Assembly: GCA_009859145.1 (NCBI GenBank)
Contig: VRVR01000043.1
Coordinates: forward strand, 120,332 to 184,331
Direction of reading: 5' to 3'
From: Andalucia godoyi And28
Lineage: Eukaryota > Protista > Jakobida
DNA: 64,000 bases
The notes beneath the pieces are model-generated. The model saw nothing but the letters and a program-made list of their open reading frames with translations. It ran no database searches and was not told the DNA's origin. Made by a program: the position numbers and the translations under genes. The stretch's first letter is position 1, and each line of letters opens with the position of its first letter. Positions 42,906 to 55,500 of this stretch are shown one piece after another.

Positions 42906-43109
42906 TTGATACGTCGTTGTTGCAGGATATCTGCGTGGACACCGGAAATGCAGATCATCCCCCCATTTCTTCCAATGAAGAAGATTCCACGCTCATGGAA
43001 AAAGGGATCTGTTGGTTCGATAGTTTCTCAGCATCCAAAACTGCAGAACGCAAACAATGTAACATTTTTGAGATCTGCTGCCAGAACACTGCGTTCGGCG
43101 GCGGCGTAA
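42906..43109 (+). pseudogene. Possible non-LTR retrotransposon reverse-transcriptase fragment
   Basis: KIPRSWKKGSVGSI...QNANNVTFLRSAARTL resembles the LINE RT motif IPxSWKxGxVxxIxK...NYRPIxLL, but NYRP is missing. Confidence 0.3.
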
Positions 43110-43202
43110 CTGTACATCTTTTCTTGTTGGTTAATAAATAAATAAATAAAATTAATTGGAAAAAACAAAAACAAACAAAAACACCGCAACCTCCAGAAGT
43201 GC

Positions 43203-45140
43203 TTACTCCCAGTCATCATCTCCTCCACCCCCACCGACTTCGTAGTCGTCATCATCATAACCATCATAACCAAGTTCCTCTCGAGCACTGGTGACAGGGC
43301 GTCCAGAGGCATCTTCAGAAAGATGCCCTGCGTCTGGTTGTTCGCAAGTACGTGCACTGTTGGCTTTCGAATGCGAGGCACTCGAACTTTGACCCACGAT
43401 CACCTTTTTCTTGCGGGAGCCGGGAAGTGAAAAATCTTGGATAGGAACAGTAACCACTCCGGCTGAGGAGCCTGAAACAGCAGTCTCCTCTGAGGCAAAA
43501 GATACATGCATGTGATGATCATTCTGCATGCGAGTCCTCTTAACCTCTCGGCGGAGGTGCTCCTCTGACGATTCCCGCACTTCCATCGTCTCTTCTCTGG
43601 CCATGGCGCGCGGTGCTCGAGACGAATCGGCACTGCTAACATCACCGCCCTCATCGAAGATGCTTTGGAAAACATTATAATTTATCCGATTGGATATCTT
43701 CTTGGCTTGCACAACCTCCTGGACTCCTTGGAGGGCAGTCTGCCGATTCGGGTCTTCTTGATAAAGACCAGCCGTGCGTCGACGCTTTTCAAGAGCGGCT
43801 TCCGAAGCCTTCTTCTTCCTGCTCTTATCATCTTCCGCTTTCTTCGCATCTCGCTCTTTTCTCTTTTCCAACTGCTGCGAAACAAACGCCCCATGCATCT
43901 CGTCCCACATGCGCTTTCGGATGGACAATTCACCATCATGGAGAACAAGGTATGAATTGATCTCCACTTCCTCCTGCGGCGTCATCGACAGCAAGTTATC
44001 ACTGGAAAACGCAAAGCCACTTGTAGCAGCATCCAAAGAAGGAGGAGATGACGCCAAAGCGCTGGGAATGTCTGAAGAGGCTGGTTTCGGTTGCATTGCA
44101 CCCTGTGGATTGTGAAATCTCTCGAGTTGCGACAGGGCAGCAGCAAATTCGTCATCGTCCTTCTCGGTTAGCGCGGGCACTTCCGCAGGGATCCCCGTGT
44201 TTTGGCTACGATCCAGTCCAGGAGGCGTTCGCAAAGAAAAATTCGACGATTCTTCCGCAGCCATGCCTTTCAGATATGCAGGAGGCAAGCTGTTGACGCT
44301 TCGTTCATGAAACTCTGAAGCATCCTTTTCGACAAAATCCTTGGCGCTGACTTGGGCAATGGGCAACCGTCCAAATTCTTCCAAGCGAAATCGCAGAGTG
44401 GCTTCGCAAATTCTCACAACATCTACAATGTCCTTTTGGGTCCTTCGAAATCCATGGATGCGCGCCGCAAGAAGCAGCGCTGCAGCCACGATACCAGTTG
44501 GACGACGGCCCGTCTGCATCCAATCCCGGGACATTTGACCAACCAGTTTCAGAGAAGTCAGTGCAACAACGTGGGTCTTGTCTCCCAGCTCCAGTTCCGC
44601 AGCAAACCGATGAATATACAGCGATGGATCCACAATCGGAAGATCCAAGTTCAGCAGCTGCACAAGCTTCGTAAACGTGTGCGCCAGCGAGTACATGTTT
44701 TCTCTCAAAACCTCTGAAAAATCCAGTAGCATGTGAGGGGATCTTTCTCTTCTGCAAGCAGCATACAGGCACGCAGCAACCACATGCTCGGATCGACGGC
44801 CTTGCATGAACCCGTGCTGCAGCGCCAACACAAACACACGATGTGCAACTTCGATTAAGTGCTGCGACAGCCGCAACAGCGATGCAACGTGCATAATCTT
44901 TCGCTTTCCTCTTTCGATTGTCTCCTCCCGAGATTCTGAGCCCGTTCGAAACGACGATCCAGACGAAGGAAGAAATTGACCGACAACAGACGTCGCCCCC
45001 GAGGCAGATTCTGCAAACGTAACCTCACTCACAATCGTGTTCTCTTCAAGCACAAGACCGCATTGAATGCACACGGTGTCTCCACGACACGCATCATGCT
45101 CTACCTGTGACGATCCACACCTTGAACACCGTCGCACCAT
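43203..45140 (-). CDS. BRF1: TFIIIB subunit Brf1 (TFIIB-related factor)
   Basis: Zinc ribbon CSRCGSS...CIQCGLVLEENTIVSE, cyclin repeats (GRRSEHVVAACLYAACR, WMQTGRRPTGIVAAALL) and C-terminal KKISNRINYNV. ATG at 45140. Confidence 0.93.
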   Translation of the reverse strand: MVRRCSRCGSSQVEHDACRGDTVCIQCGLVLEENTIVSEVTFAESASGATSVVGQFLPSSGSSFRTGSESREETIERGKRKIMHVASLLRLSQHLIEVAHRVFVLALQHGFMQGRRSEHVVAACLYAACRRERSPHMLLDFSEVLRENMYSLAHTFTKLVQLLNLDLPIVDPSLYIHRFAAELELGDKTHVVALTSLKLVGQMSRDWMQTGRRPTGIVAAALLLAARIHGFRRTQKDIVDVVRICEATLRFRLEEFGRLPIAQVSAKDFVEKDASEFHERSVNSLPPAYLKGMAAEESSNFSLRTPPGLDRSQNTGIPAEVPALTEKDDDEFAAALSQLERFHNPQGAMQPKPASSDIPSALASSPPSLDAATSGFAFSSDNLLSMTPQEEVEINSYLVLHDGELSIRKRMWDEMHGAFVSQQLEKRKERDAKKAEDDKSRKKKASEAALEKRRRTAGLYQEDPNRQTALQGVQEVVQAKKISNRINYNVFQSIFDEGGDVSSADSSRAPRAMAREETMEVRESSEEHLRREVKRTRMQNDHHMHVSFASEETAVSGSSAGVVTVPIQDFSLPGSRKKKVIVGQSSSASHSKANSARTCEQPDAGHLSEDASGRPVTSAREELGYDGYDDDDYEVGGGGGDDDWE

Positions 45141-45555
45141 TCTCTCTCTGCCACGTCTTTCTTTTCCTTTTTCTATTATCAGGGGGGAAAAAGCATTTTT
45201 TAAACACCACAATTGGTGTGTGCAGTGCATAGCAGAAATGATGAGTAATTATTAAAAAAAATAATTAAGGAAAATACATGCGTTGTCCACAAACGAACTT
45301 GGTTAGGTGATGCTAAGGCCTTGCATCGATTCACCTGTTTCATTTATTCCCGCCAGCCGGGACTCGGACCCCAGAACGTCGGAAGCACGAGAGAGAAAAC
45401 AGCGAAGTGCATCGGAGTGAAACGCTGGACCGGCCCAAGAACAGGAGAGAAATAAAAGGAAAGGAAAGGAAAGAAAAAGACAAAGCACTCAGCAGAAATC
45501 CCCCCGACGAAGTTGTCCATCTCCGTGTGCTGCGCCCGACGTCCACACGATTAAA

Positions 45556-45967
45556 TTAGTTCGCATGGGAGAGCAAGACAAACGTGGCGCGCTCGTCAAA
45601 TCGCAAATTTGCTGGTTCGAGCAGCTGCTGTGTCTCTGGTGCTTTCCGCAGTTTGTCCAAGAACGTGCCGAAAGACCCTGCAAGAAACTGGGGAAAACGG
45701 GCAACATCAAAACCGAGAAACCGTCAGGAAGACACTCGCCAAGATAGGCAGTGCAGCATATAAAGGCAGGTTTACCTGATATGTGTTGGGAATGTCTGCT
45801 CCAGACGGTAAAATCATCCAGAAAGAGTCGCTTCCGTGACTTCGAAAACAAGTCGTGGCGTCGTAGCCCTTGAGGCATCCGAAAGAGACGAGCCTTCGGA
45901 GTGCTGACGACGGCCGCCACCTGCCGTAAAAACCCGCTGTTGTCCTTTTTTTCTTTCTTGCGTCCAT
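45556..45967 (-). CDS. Predicted small two-exon hypothetical protein (107 aa; exons 45967-45776 and 45687-45556)
   Basis: A GTAAAC...CTGAC...CCCCAG intron (45775-45688, 88 nt) joins two phase-0 exons into MDARKKK...IPNTYQ-FLAGSFGTFLDKLRK...SHAN*. Confidence 0.35.
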
Positions 45968-46061
45968 TGAGGCAAGGGGTTGCCCGCGTGGCTCCGCCGA
46001 AACTCCAAAGAAGCTCCCAACAGACAATCACCATGTCTTTGGGCGCTCAGATTCCTTCTGA

Positions 46062-46140
46062 TTTGCTTTGCTTTGCTTTGCTTTGCTTTGCTTTGCTTTG
46101 CTTTGTTTTGTTTTGTTGTGTTTTGTTGTGTTTTGTTTTT
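46062..46140. repeat. (TTTGC)n grading into (TTTTG)n pentanucleotide repeat
   Basis: About 9 TTTGC units followed by TTTTG/TTGTG units. Confidence 0.9.
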
Positions 46141-46214
46141 TGTTGCCGACTGACTGCGAAAAACCAAACAATTAATAAAAAAGAGAGGAAATAGGGAGAA
46201 AGAACCGGTAGGCT

Positions 46215-48902
46215 ATGGCGGATGAAAATGTGCAAGATGGAGAGCATCTTAGACTGCTCATGGCCCGCAGAAGAGCTTCCCGAGCTCAAAGCCTTGATCT
46301 TACGGTGGATGGATACGAGTTTGCTCTTAATGTGCTGCTGAATGGTCCCGAATTTCACGTGATTCCTCCTTCGCAGGAGCCAAAGCCTTCAGGGGCTTCT
46401 CCGTCACGGCTGATGGGTCCTCCTTCTGCCTTTGACATGTCCGACAATTTCCCTGATTTTTCATCCAGTCGCAAGCTTTCTCTTGCGATCAGCGACATGT
46501 TTCGGATGCACGCCGTCGAGCAGCATCATGCTCATGCCCCTGTACCGATGGGATCGCTCACCGTTGCTCCTCCCACTATCGACCATTCGGCGTCATCCAA
46601 CAACTATTCTGCCAACGCTGGTACATCATCATCAACGGCACCTTCATCATCATCATCATCATCGTCATCATCATCGACGACACCGTCAGGGTCTGTTGCT
46701 GGTGGTGCACATCCTCCACCCCTTGCGACTTCAAGAATATCTCTTTCTCTTCCGTTTTCGGTGTGGTCTGACGGTAATGGTGCTGGTTCTGAGACAGCGG
46801 GATCCGGTTTTCTTTCTCGCCAGGACCGCCGTTCGAGCTTGATATCGGACTCATTTTTGCGCAGAGAAAGCATCCAATTGCTGCCAACTCCGATTCCATC
46901 GCTATTGCGGGCAGACGAGTACGATGAGGAGTACGACTTGAAGGGTTCTGTGCATACGGCTCCTTCACCGTATGAAAACGGGGAAGACGACAAGGATAAT
47001 TATGTTTTGAGGGAGGATGGCGACAAGAGCCAGTCCTTGGGGGCCAGCAGCGGCACGAGTGGAAGCACGATTGGTGCCACCAACAGAAGCACGAACGACG
47101 ACAGCACCAATAATCGTGCTACGTTCCGCGACGAGGCTCGCAACGAGATTCGCAGCGCGGATGCAGCGTACCAGGAATCGCAGCCAACGATGAGCAATCT
47201 CGCTGCGTTGGAAGAGATGAACGTCGAACTGCGGTCGACTTCGACTGATTTACCTCCTCCTGCCGCAATCAGTTTGCCTGGACATGGTTTTTCGTCTCTT
47301 GGGGCCGGAATGGATCAAGCACAGACGGCATCAGGATCTCCGACTGGATCGAAATTGCGTTTCCCAGGCATGGCATTGCCTATTGCAAACGAAGGGAGCC
47401 TTGTTGCCTATTTGGCATCCCTGGCTGTGAAGACTGCCATCTCTTCCGCATCATCGCCAAAGGTGGCAGGATCGACTTCGGTCTCGGACTTCCAAGTTCC
47501 CATTGCTCTGCAAATGGCAGAGTCGGCAAATCCACCGGACCTTGCCTCCTTGAATCCTTCAGAGTATTCTGGATATTTCTTGCAGAATTTCGGCAGTGAT
47601 GTGCAGATTTATACGTCAGATGCAGTGTTCCCTGCTCATCACAGGATCCTTGCCGAGCGGTCAGGAACGTTCCGTCAGTTTTTCGAGCATCCGAGTCACA
47701 CCAATCACATAGACTTGAGCCACATTTCGTCCAGTGAGTTCAAGTATGTTTTGCAGTATCTGTACAAGGGCACACTTACCACAAGGTTTTCGGAGTTGCC
47801 CGCAGAGTATCCTTGGAAGTTGCTTTTGCATGCGGAAGTCTTCCAGATCCCGGGGCTTTCTGTGGATTGCCAATTGTACATAATGTCCCACGTTCTCAGC
47901 GAGGATACGTTCGTCACGGTTTGGAATCAAGTCTTTTCGTTTGGCATGAGTTCCACAGCTTTGAGCCACAAGCTGCTGGAGTATGCTTGCAAGAATTCGA
48001 AACGTGTAGCGTGTCACAGTTCATTTCCCTCCTTGCGAGTTGAGCTCGTGCACAAGATTCTTGCCTTCCATTGGCAGACGTCTTGCACTGGCGATGATCC
48101 GACCACGATTACCTCCAAATTGAAATTTGTTGTCTTCTTACTTTTCCGATGGTTTGAAGGTCAGCCGGTCGTTGCGACCATCTCGACCATGGAGTTTCGA
48201 ACGCGTCTGCATAATATGATTGAGTCTTTGAAAATGTTGGAGCCAGTTTCTGTGAGCCACCAATCCGCTCTTGGGTTGTTCCAGTCTCTGTTCATGCAAC
48301 GTGAGAGTGAATTGTCTCTGCAGACTGGCCGTGCGGCTGCAAATATTCCCGCCTCGACTTTTGCACAGTACGTCCGTCAGCAGATGTTCAGTGCCGAGTA
48401 TGAGGATCTCATTCAGATCGCCTCGCTTGTCGAATCTTCTCGTCTCAGCCATATCCGAGATGTTGTCATTAACGGCTCGGATTCAACGCCCGCGGAAACG
48501 TCGTCTTTGCAGTCCTCTGCGGCCGCATCGGGCAACCGGAAGCGTGACAGAGATGCAGTCGTGGATAGCAGTTCTTCTTCTTCTTCTTCGTCTTCGTCGT
48601 CAACATCTTCCACCGCTCGCGTCTCCGAGTCTCGGCTTCTGGATGCACAGAGCTTGTCCAACGAACTGTCCTTTTTGCAACCGAATAACAAGATTGCGAA
48701 GCGGACGTCGACCCAGACGAACGGAGCGGAGCCTTCTGACAATGCACCATCCACTCGACGCAAGAAAAACGACCGTGCCGGTACGGAAGTCAAGTATGAA
48801 GAAACGGAAAATCGCCCATGGAACCGCTATTCCAGCCGCCTGTTCTTCCGGATTTCCAAGGAAGCGAAAGCCTCTTGGTACAAGGCGTCGTCTGATCAAT
48901 GA
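46215..48902 (+). CDS. BTB/POZ-domain protein with Ser-rich disordered N-terminus
   Basis: SDVQIYTSDAVFPAHHRILAERSGTFRQFF...IDLSHISSSEFKYVLQYLYKG is BTB-like, followed by a BACK-like helical region. Confidence 0.8.
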   Translation: MADENVQDGEHLRLLMARRRASRAQSLDLTVDGYEFALNVLLNGPEFHVIPPSQEPKPSGASPSRLMGPPSAFDMSDNFPDFSSSRKLSLAISDMFRMHAVEQHHAHAPVPMGSLTVAPPTIDHSASSNNYSANAGTSSSTAPSSSSSSSSSSSTTPSGSVAGGAHPPPLATSRISLSLPFSVWSDGNGAGSETAGSGFLSRQDRRSSLISDSFLRRESIQLLPTPIPSLLRADEYDEEYDLKGSVHTAPSPYENGEDDKDNYVLREDGDKSQSLGASSGTSGSTIGATNRSTNDDSTNNRATFRDEARNEIRSADAAYQESQPTMSNLAALEEMNVELRSTSTDLPPPAAISLPGHGFSSLGAGMDQAQTASGSPTGSKLRFPGMALPIANEGSLVAYLASLAVKTAISSASSPKVAGSTSVSDFQVPIALQMAESANPPDLASLNPSEYSGYFLQNFGSDVQIYTSDAVFPAHHRILAERSGTFRQFFEHPSHTNHIDLSHISSSEFKYVLQYLYKGTLTTRFSELPAEYPWKLLLHAEVFQIPGLSVDCQLYIMSHVLSEDTFVTVWNQVFSFGMSSTALSHKLLEYACKNSKRVACHSSFPSLRVELVHKILAFHWQTSCTGDDPTTITSKLKFVVFLLFRWFEGQPVVATISTMEFRTRLHNMIESLKMLEPVSVSHQSALGLFQSLFMQRESELSLQTGRAAANIPASTFAQYVRQQMFSAEYEDLIQIASLVESSRLSHIRDVVINGSDSTPAETSSLQSSAAASGNRKRDRDAVVDSSSSSSSSSSSSTSSTARVSESRLLDAQSLSNELSFLQPNNKIAKRTSTQTNGAEPSDNAPSTRRKKNDRAGTEVKYEETENRPWNRYSSRLFFRISKEAKASWYKASSDQ

Positions 48903-49529
48903 CACTCTTATTTTTTCCGCCTTCTTTTGTCTTTTGGTTGTCAATATATTGCAGCATTGTATTATCTTTTACAAACAAACAAGCAAACAAAGCAATTCTT
49001 TTCTTTTTCGTCTTCGTTTTTCGATGTTCGCCCTCGGCGCTTCTGGTGGCTTTTCCCGACGCACATTTCTACTGTAGCAGATTGGCGGATGTTGTCGCAG
49101 ACTTCATTCTGCTTGGACAACTTGCGTTCTGGCTGTACGGCATTTTCATTTTCTGAAAGGTTCAACGACTCTGAACGTTTCCGGATTTGCGAAGGAACGG
49201 GGCCGCCAATCAACAAGGCCAGACATGGGCCATTCTTTACGCATTCTTTTAAACCTCCTCCCCAGCCCGAAAAAAAATAATCCACCATCCTTTGAAGCGC
49301 TCGATTCTTGACACGTGTTTCCACAATAGCAGTTTCTTCTTTACAAGCGTGTCAGCCAGCAGCAACACACGCATATCTGACTTCGACAATTCGTTTGATT
49401 TCTCCCGGCTTCTTTCGCAAAGGAAGGAAAAGAAAACGCTCGAAGATTGTCTGCAATTTTTTTTTTCTTCTTCCGTTGACGGCATCGTTCGTTGGATCGT
49501 AGTAATAATTGCTGTCTGGCTTCTTCAAC

Positions 49530-52500
49530 ATGAAGCCCGCTGCGTCAGGTCAGACATCGAGGAGCAGAGCTCCGTCGAATGCGGGTGTTGCGTCACCGGC
49601 CTCGCTCGCGGTACCTGGGGTAATCTCCCGACCGCGAGCGCCATCGTCGGCGATCAAGCCAAGCGGATCCGGGTTTGCGACTCCTTCGACTCCGCTGCGT
49701 TCCCAGTTTCCAATCTCGTCGTCGCTGCGAGTTCCAGATGCGAGTCCATCACCGCCAAAATCAGTTCCGCCGTCCGGACTGAAGATTATGGGCGCACCCC
49801 TCGCAGGGGTGCGATGCATGGCGGTTGTCGGAGATCAAATCTGGTGTGGTGGTCGGTCTGGAAAAATCGCAGTGTTTGATGCAAAGCGCTTGTCGCTGAT
49901 GACGTCGTTGCAGTCTCCGCTGAAGGAGGCGGTCACCAGTATATGCGGTATGGGCGATCGTGTGTGGGTAGGGTACTCTACGGGGGCTGTTGAAGTATGG
50001 AGGGACATGCGATATGAAAGACAAGCGTATTCATGCAGCACTTCCATGGCGGCAGGAGTCCTGGAAATGATGGTTGTTGCCAAGTCGCAAATCTGGGTTG
50101 CATCGCAGGACTTTACTGTCAGAATATTTGATTACAGCACGGGGGATCCAATTGCAGTCATTTCTGCCCATGAAAACTGGGTCGAGGCTCTCTGCGAAGT
50201 GGCGCCTTTGGAGCAAGTTTGGACGGGCTCCGCAGACCGGACGATTCGCATGTGGAAAATCAAGGATTTTTCATCGGTGGGCCAACTGGAGGGGCACACA
50301 CGAGCAGTCACTGCAATCGCGTTTCGTGGAAAATACGCATGGAGCGGCGACGAATCTGGAAGCATTCGAGCGTGGAGTATTTCAACAAGAAGTTGCGTTT
50401 TGGTGATTCCTTCGGGCCAGTTCTCTGGCATTGCAAGAATCGTGTCGACACCAAGCTCTTTGTGGACGTGCGGTGTGGGAAAACACATTATGATTTTTGA
50501 TGCCGAGACAAAAAGAGGCATTCGAGCATTAGAAACGAAATCCAGCAAGTATGTTTCATCAATGGTAATGCACGGGCGGTATATGTGGACCGGCTCCACC
50601 GATGTCCGCGTCTTCGATGTCGGCGAAGAATGGACTGAGGAGTTGCAAATAGAAGAAGCCCTGGAAATTCAGCAGGCAGTGGAGGCCGCGGAAAAGGAGC
50701 CTGCCTCGCAGGAAACAGAGATGGTCGAACCTGTTGTTCTTCTGGAACCAACGATGGTAGCCGATATCACAGCAGCCTCAGATTTTGGAGACGAAGATCG
50801 AAACAGCGGAGAAGGCGACAATGAGAATCCTCCAGTTGTCGACGATGAAGGCACGCCGGTTGAATCTTCCGATGTAGATGTGGATGAATTACTGAATGCA
50901 AACAGTGACGAACTCACAGTGCAGATACCAGATTCCCCCAAAACGACATTTCTGCGACAGCAGAGTTTGCGCCACCTCCTGGGTCCTCACTATGCCGTGT
51001 CGACGCAAACGGTCAAAACCTGCGCTGGAGAATGCGACAATTGGACGCAAGCTGCGATTGTCAATGCTGCTTCTGCTGTTCAGACGGAGCCTGCGAATGT
51101 GCGGTTTGCATGTGAGCAAACAGACACAGTGCTGAGTGCAGTCGCTTCGGAACAAACTGATGTGTTGCAGTGTTCTTCATCTGAATGCCAGGTGTCCACG
51201 GTAATGCTTGACTGTACAGCTCAGTCGGACAGCAATGTCTTCCTTTCAATCTCGACGTGCACAGACGACCTCGGCACAGTTGCGTCCAAGGGGTTCCAGA
51301 TGTCCTCCGAGTTTTCTCACTCACTTTCGCAGTCCGAGTTAACGCACAACGACATTCAAAAGTTTCAAGACCGGATCGTCGCATTCGAAACCGCGGAGCA
51401 TAACCGAATCTTCAGCGAGGCTTCCCGGCTCGATGATGAGACGTCCAAACGTCCGTCTTTGTGTGAATCTATATCTCAAACAGACTCCGTAATGACTCCT
51501 GCAGTTTTGCACTACACTTCCGAAGTGTTCGTTGATATCCCATCGTCGTCACTGATGACAATGCAAGCATCAACACAAGTGTCCCCTGACAGCATTTCCT
51601 CGTCGCTGCAGACAGACTCAGTGGAAACATACTCGGTTCAGGTATTTACGGAGACTGCGGATGTTGTTTCGATTTCATCGCAGACACTGGCGGATCGCTG
51701 TTCTACGATTTCCCAATCAGATCTGAGCGCGAAGGACATTTTTGCAATCGAATCGGAGAGCGAGCAGCGGCGATGCGAAACTGAACGCATTTTGGCAATT
51801 CTCAACCGCCCGACCCCGGAGCGTGCTTCTCGACTAGTTCAAGCATCTCTGCAGCGCGATCTGTCAGTGGTCGCTCTCCCCACCCACATCATCGACACTC
51901 ATCGCGAAGTATCACATGTTGCTTCTTCAACTTTCAATGAGGTTCGAGATAGCGCTTCTCAAAATGATCCGAAAATTTCAGTGTCTCGCGATGTTTTGAC
52001 CGAGAGGACTGTATCGGTTTCCTGTGCAGTCCAGTCCACGGCGGAAACATTGTCGGCTTTCGTTCAGAGCACGCTATCGTCTTCCGAGATCGACGTGTAC
52101 GCAGCAGAATTTGCAAGAATACAAGCCCTATCCTTGGTTGATCGTGAATGCCAGGCGGAGATGAAGCCTCAGTCAGTGGACGCCTATACTCATGTTGACG
52201 ATTGCCTGTTGGTGCTACCAGCCGCCGTTGTTCCGACGACGATGTCATCGTCAGCCGTGATGACGGAGGTTTTACAGTGCATGAACGCAGGCTGCCAAAT
52301 GTCCCCTGATGTGTTGCCCGTCTCGTCTCAGTCGGATGTCCACGGCATTACTGTTGATTGTGCACTCGCGTTCAAAGCTCAGTGGGACGCTGTGCGAAAT
52401 GGATGCCGTTCCATCACGTCGCAAACGCGATCAAGGGTTCTTTCTGCGATTTCGAACGATGTCATTAGCGTTCTTTCCACATCTCGGTCATCCGTGAGCT

Positions 52501-55500
52501 GCCAAGAATCTGCGGATCACAGAGTGTCGTTTTCACAAACAGATACGAAGCCAATGCTTTCGCAGTCTGTTTGGACGCTTCCACCGTCAGCCACCGATTC
52601 AGCTGTTCAGCATATTTGGCCAGCAACGTGCGAGTACACAACACAAACGGACGGCCCGATGGAACCCGACGAAATCGTGGCTCAGCAGGTTGTTGCTGAG
52701 GAATCCGGTAATTCTGTCCGCAGCCACAAGCAGTCGCCTACGAGAGATGCGGAAACCAGTATTCGAACGTTGTTGGCAGACGCGGGTACGGTGATGCCAG
52801 CATGTAACTTGACGGAGCGAGAAGTGTCTGCTGTGGCGTCGAATCTGTCTGCTGGAACCCAAAAGGATGATGTTCAGACGCATTCGGTGTGGACAACAAT
52901 GGATCACGAGATCCGTGGCTGCTGCTCTTCTGCTTCCCAAAGTTTCTTTGAAGAGGATTCCATTCCAACCCAAACACCCGCCGTTGTTCAACTGGATGTG
53001 GGAACGTACTCGGAGACACTGCATCATCATCACGGCGCCACACAGACTGTTTCGCACGTCGTTGCCGATGTTGGGGTTTCCACTTCTGTTCTAGTACTGG
53101 ACGCTGGCACTTTGGCGCACGAACCGTTGACGTCGTCATGCACCCAACACGATGCGGCCTTGTTTGTTCGAGACGCCTTCTGTGTTACCGAGCCGGTTCG
53201 GATGTTACCGTTCACGGAAGTGTTTGGCGTGGGCATCCAAGCGGAGCCCCGTCAGCATTCAGATGCTTCAACGGATGTCCCCCGGTGCCTTGTCTTCGAT
53301 GTTTCCTCCCAAAATGAGGTGTTTTTCAAGAGCCAATCTACAGGATCGGATTCGCAGGGCATGGAGATCCCCGCGCCAATTGTGGCACCGCATTTCCCCG
53401 AAAATAGCATGGTTTCCATCGCCTCTGTTTCCTGCAGCACGGATCTTTGTGGAATTTCAGATATGGCGAATCTTTTGAATCTGAGGGTTGTTCCGGGAGT
53501 TACATGCACTGACGTTTCGACAGAACCGATCCCTTCGTCCAGTGCTTGCCAGGGCTTGCAGACAGAACCGTCGCTGTTTTCGTTTGATGTTTGTATTGGG
53601 GCCGCTCCTAGTCTGACCGCAGCAGAAGTCCAAACAGCAGCCTTACCGTTGACATCGCATCTCTCCACGCAAAGCGAGCATCCGATTCTGGTGGATGGTG
53701 CAGTGTCAGCGGTCGTCCCAACCCACACGTCTTCGTCGATGACGGATCTTGTATCGGCATCTCATATTGGCACGTCTCCGGCATGCGTTTTTCAAATCGA
53801 AGTCGCATCAGCGACGGACTGCGCAAAACAGAACGCTGCGTCGACGGATACCCAAACGGAGCGCTTGCAGTGGAATGTATCCTGGAGAATTCTGCTCGTT
53901 TCACAAGATTGTCAAACGGACTCCTTGGATGACGATGATGCGATCTCTGAGGTGTTTTCCGAGGCTGTAGAAACAGTCCACGGCGAGCATTCCGCGCATC
54001 CGCGCTTTGTTGATGGCCCGATTAGAGAGTCCTCGCGTGCTTGCGAGTCATTTTCTCAAACTGACGCGTCGGTCTTCCATCTCCGGACACAAGGTGTGCA
54101 GTCCGAGCGCAATGTGGAGTCTCGCAGCTGCCAGCACGCTTTCGATGTTGTGGGACTCCATGTCTTCGAAAAAGAATGCATGTGTTGTCCGGTGCTCGAG
54201 TCTGTTGCTATCGAATGTCCATCAGCCGAGACATTTCCCATTTCCGCGCAAACCATGTCTTTTGGAGCGGATATGGGTTCAAGTACGGATCCGTTGAGTC
54301 GCTCGTCTTGGTCGTCGCTGTGCCGCATTTCCTATCAGGAAATGGGGGTGCAGGCTTCCGAAGTCCTGAAAGCTGTTCGTGCTGTTGAGCAGAGCACAGA
54401 AATGCTGGCGATTCCCCACAGGTGTGTTGCAGAGTATGGCTATCAGACAGATCTAGCTCCCAGCGGGAGAGAGCAGTGTTGCTGGACGGAATTGTGTGTT
54501 GCATCCGATGCATCATCAAACACGCTCGAAAGAGATAAGAGGGATCAGCATTGCTCCACCGAGGATTTATGCATGTTTGATGGTTCACTTTCTGCTGCCT
54601 TGGTCTCTCTGAAGGAGGATGTGAATCAGCAAACGTGCCGTATTTCGACTTCGCTGGAATCCATCTCCTCGACACTGTCCGCGCAGATGGCAAGTCTGCG
54701 CGAAGAGCTGGCGAAACGGGAGCGCGAATTCTTGAACCAGTTTGAAGGTCACGCATCTCTCCTCGGTTCAAGATCTGCGCCGTCCGATGCGGAAACAGAC
54801 ACCATCAGGGTGCACATCTTTGCAAATCTTGATTCGGATGCACTGTCGGTCTCTTTGTTTTCTCGCGATGCAGACTATGTTTGTTCTTATCTATCCTCAA
54901 CGGTCAATTTTCAAGCAGAACGGTTGGCGTCCCTCTCGAAAAACATGTCCACGTCTCTCCAAGAATGGAATCTGAACAGGAATTTTCCCCTGGCTGACAG
55001 AAGCGCAGCGAACAGCTCCTTGCTGTTGCTGTCAGAAGTACAACTCTTGTTTTCCTCTCAGAAGGAATCTGTTGCGGAATTAGACAGACTTGTCAGAAAC
55101 GTCACGCAATCGCAGACAAGATCTGCTTCTTCTCAACACGAAGAAGTGATCGATGCACTGAACTCTCTGAGTTCTGATATTCGAGCCGTGCAGTCGAGTG
55201 TTGCGGCTGTTTCCACGCGGACCGCCGTATTCAAGGACGTCGAGCTGCAGACCAGTGCGCGAGATTTCTCTAGTTCGGACACGCCAGACTTGAAAATAAC
55301 AGTTGTTGACGATGGACTGGCGATCAGTGATGCTCAGTTTGCCTCGCACACCGCAATGCCGATGACTGAGGATTCTTCTTCAGTGTCTCTCAAGGAGTCG
55401 CTGAGTCGTATTGAGGCACTGCTGTCGCAGCATGTTGCTCTGTCCAATGCTATTTCTTCTCCAGAAGAAAGCAAGCATGGCACATCGCAGTACGCAACAT

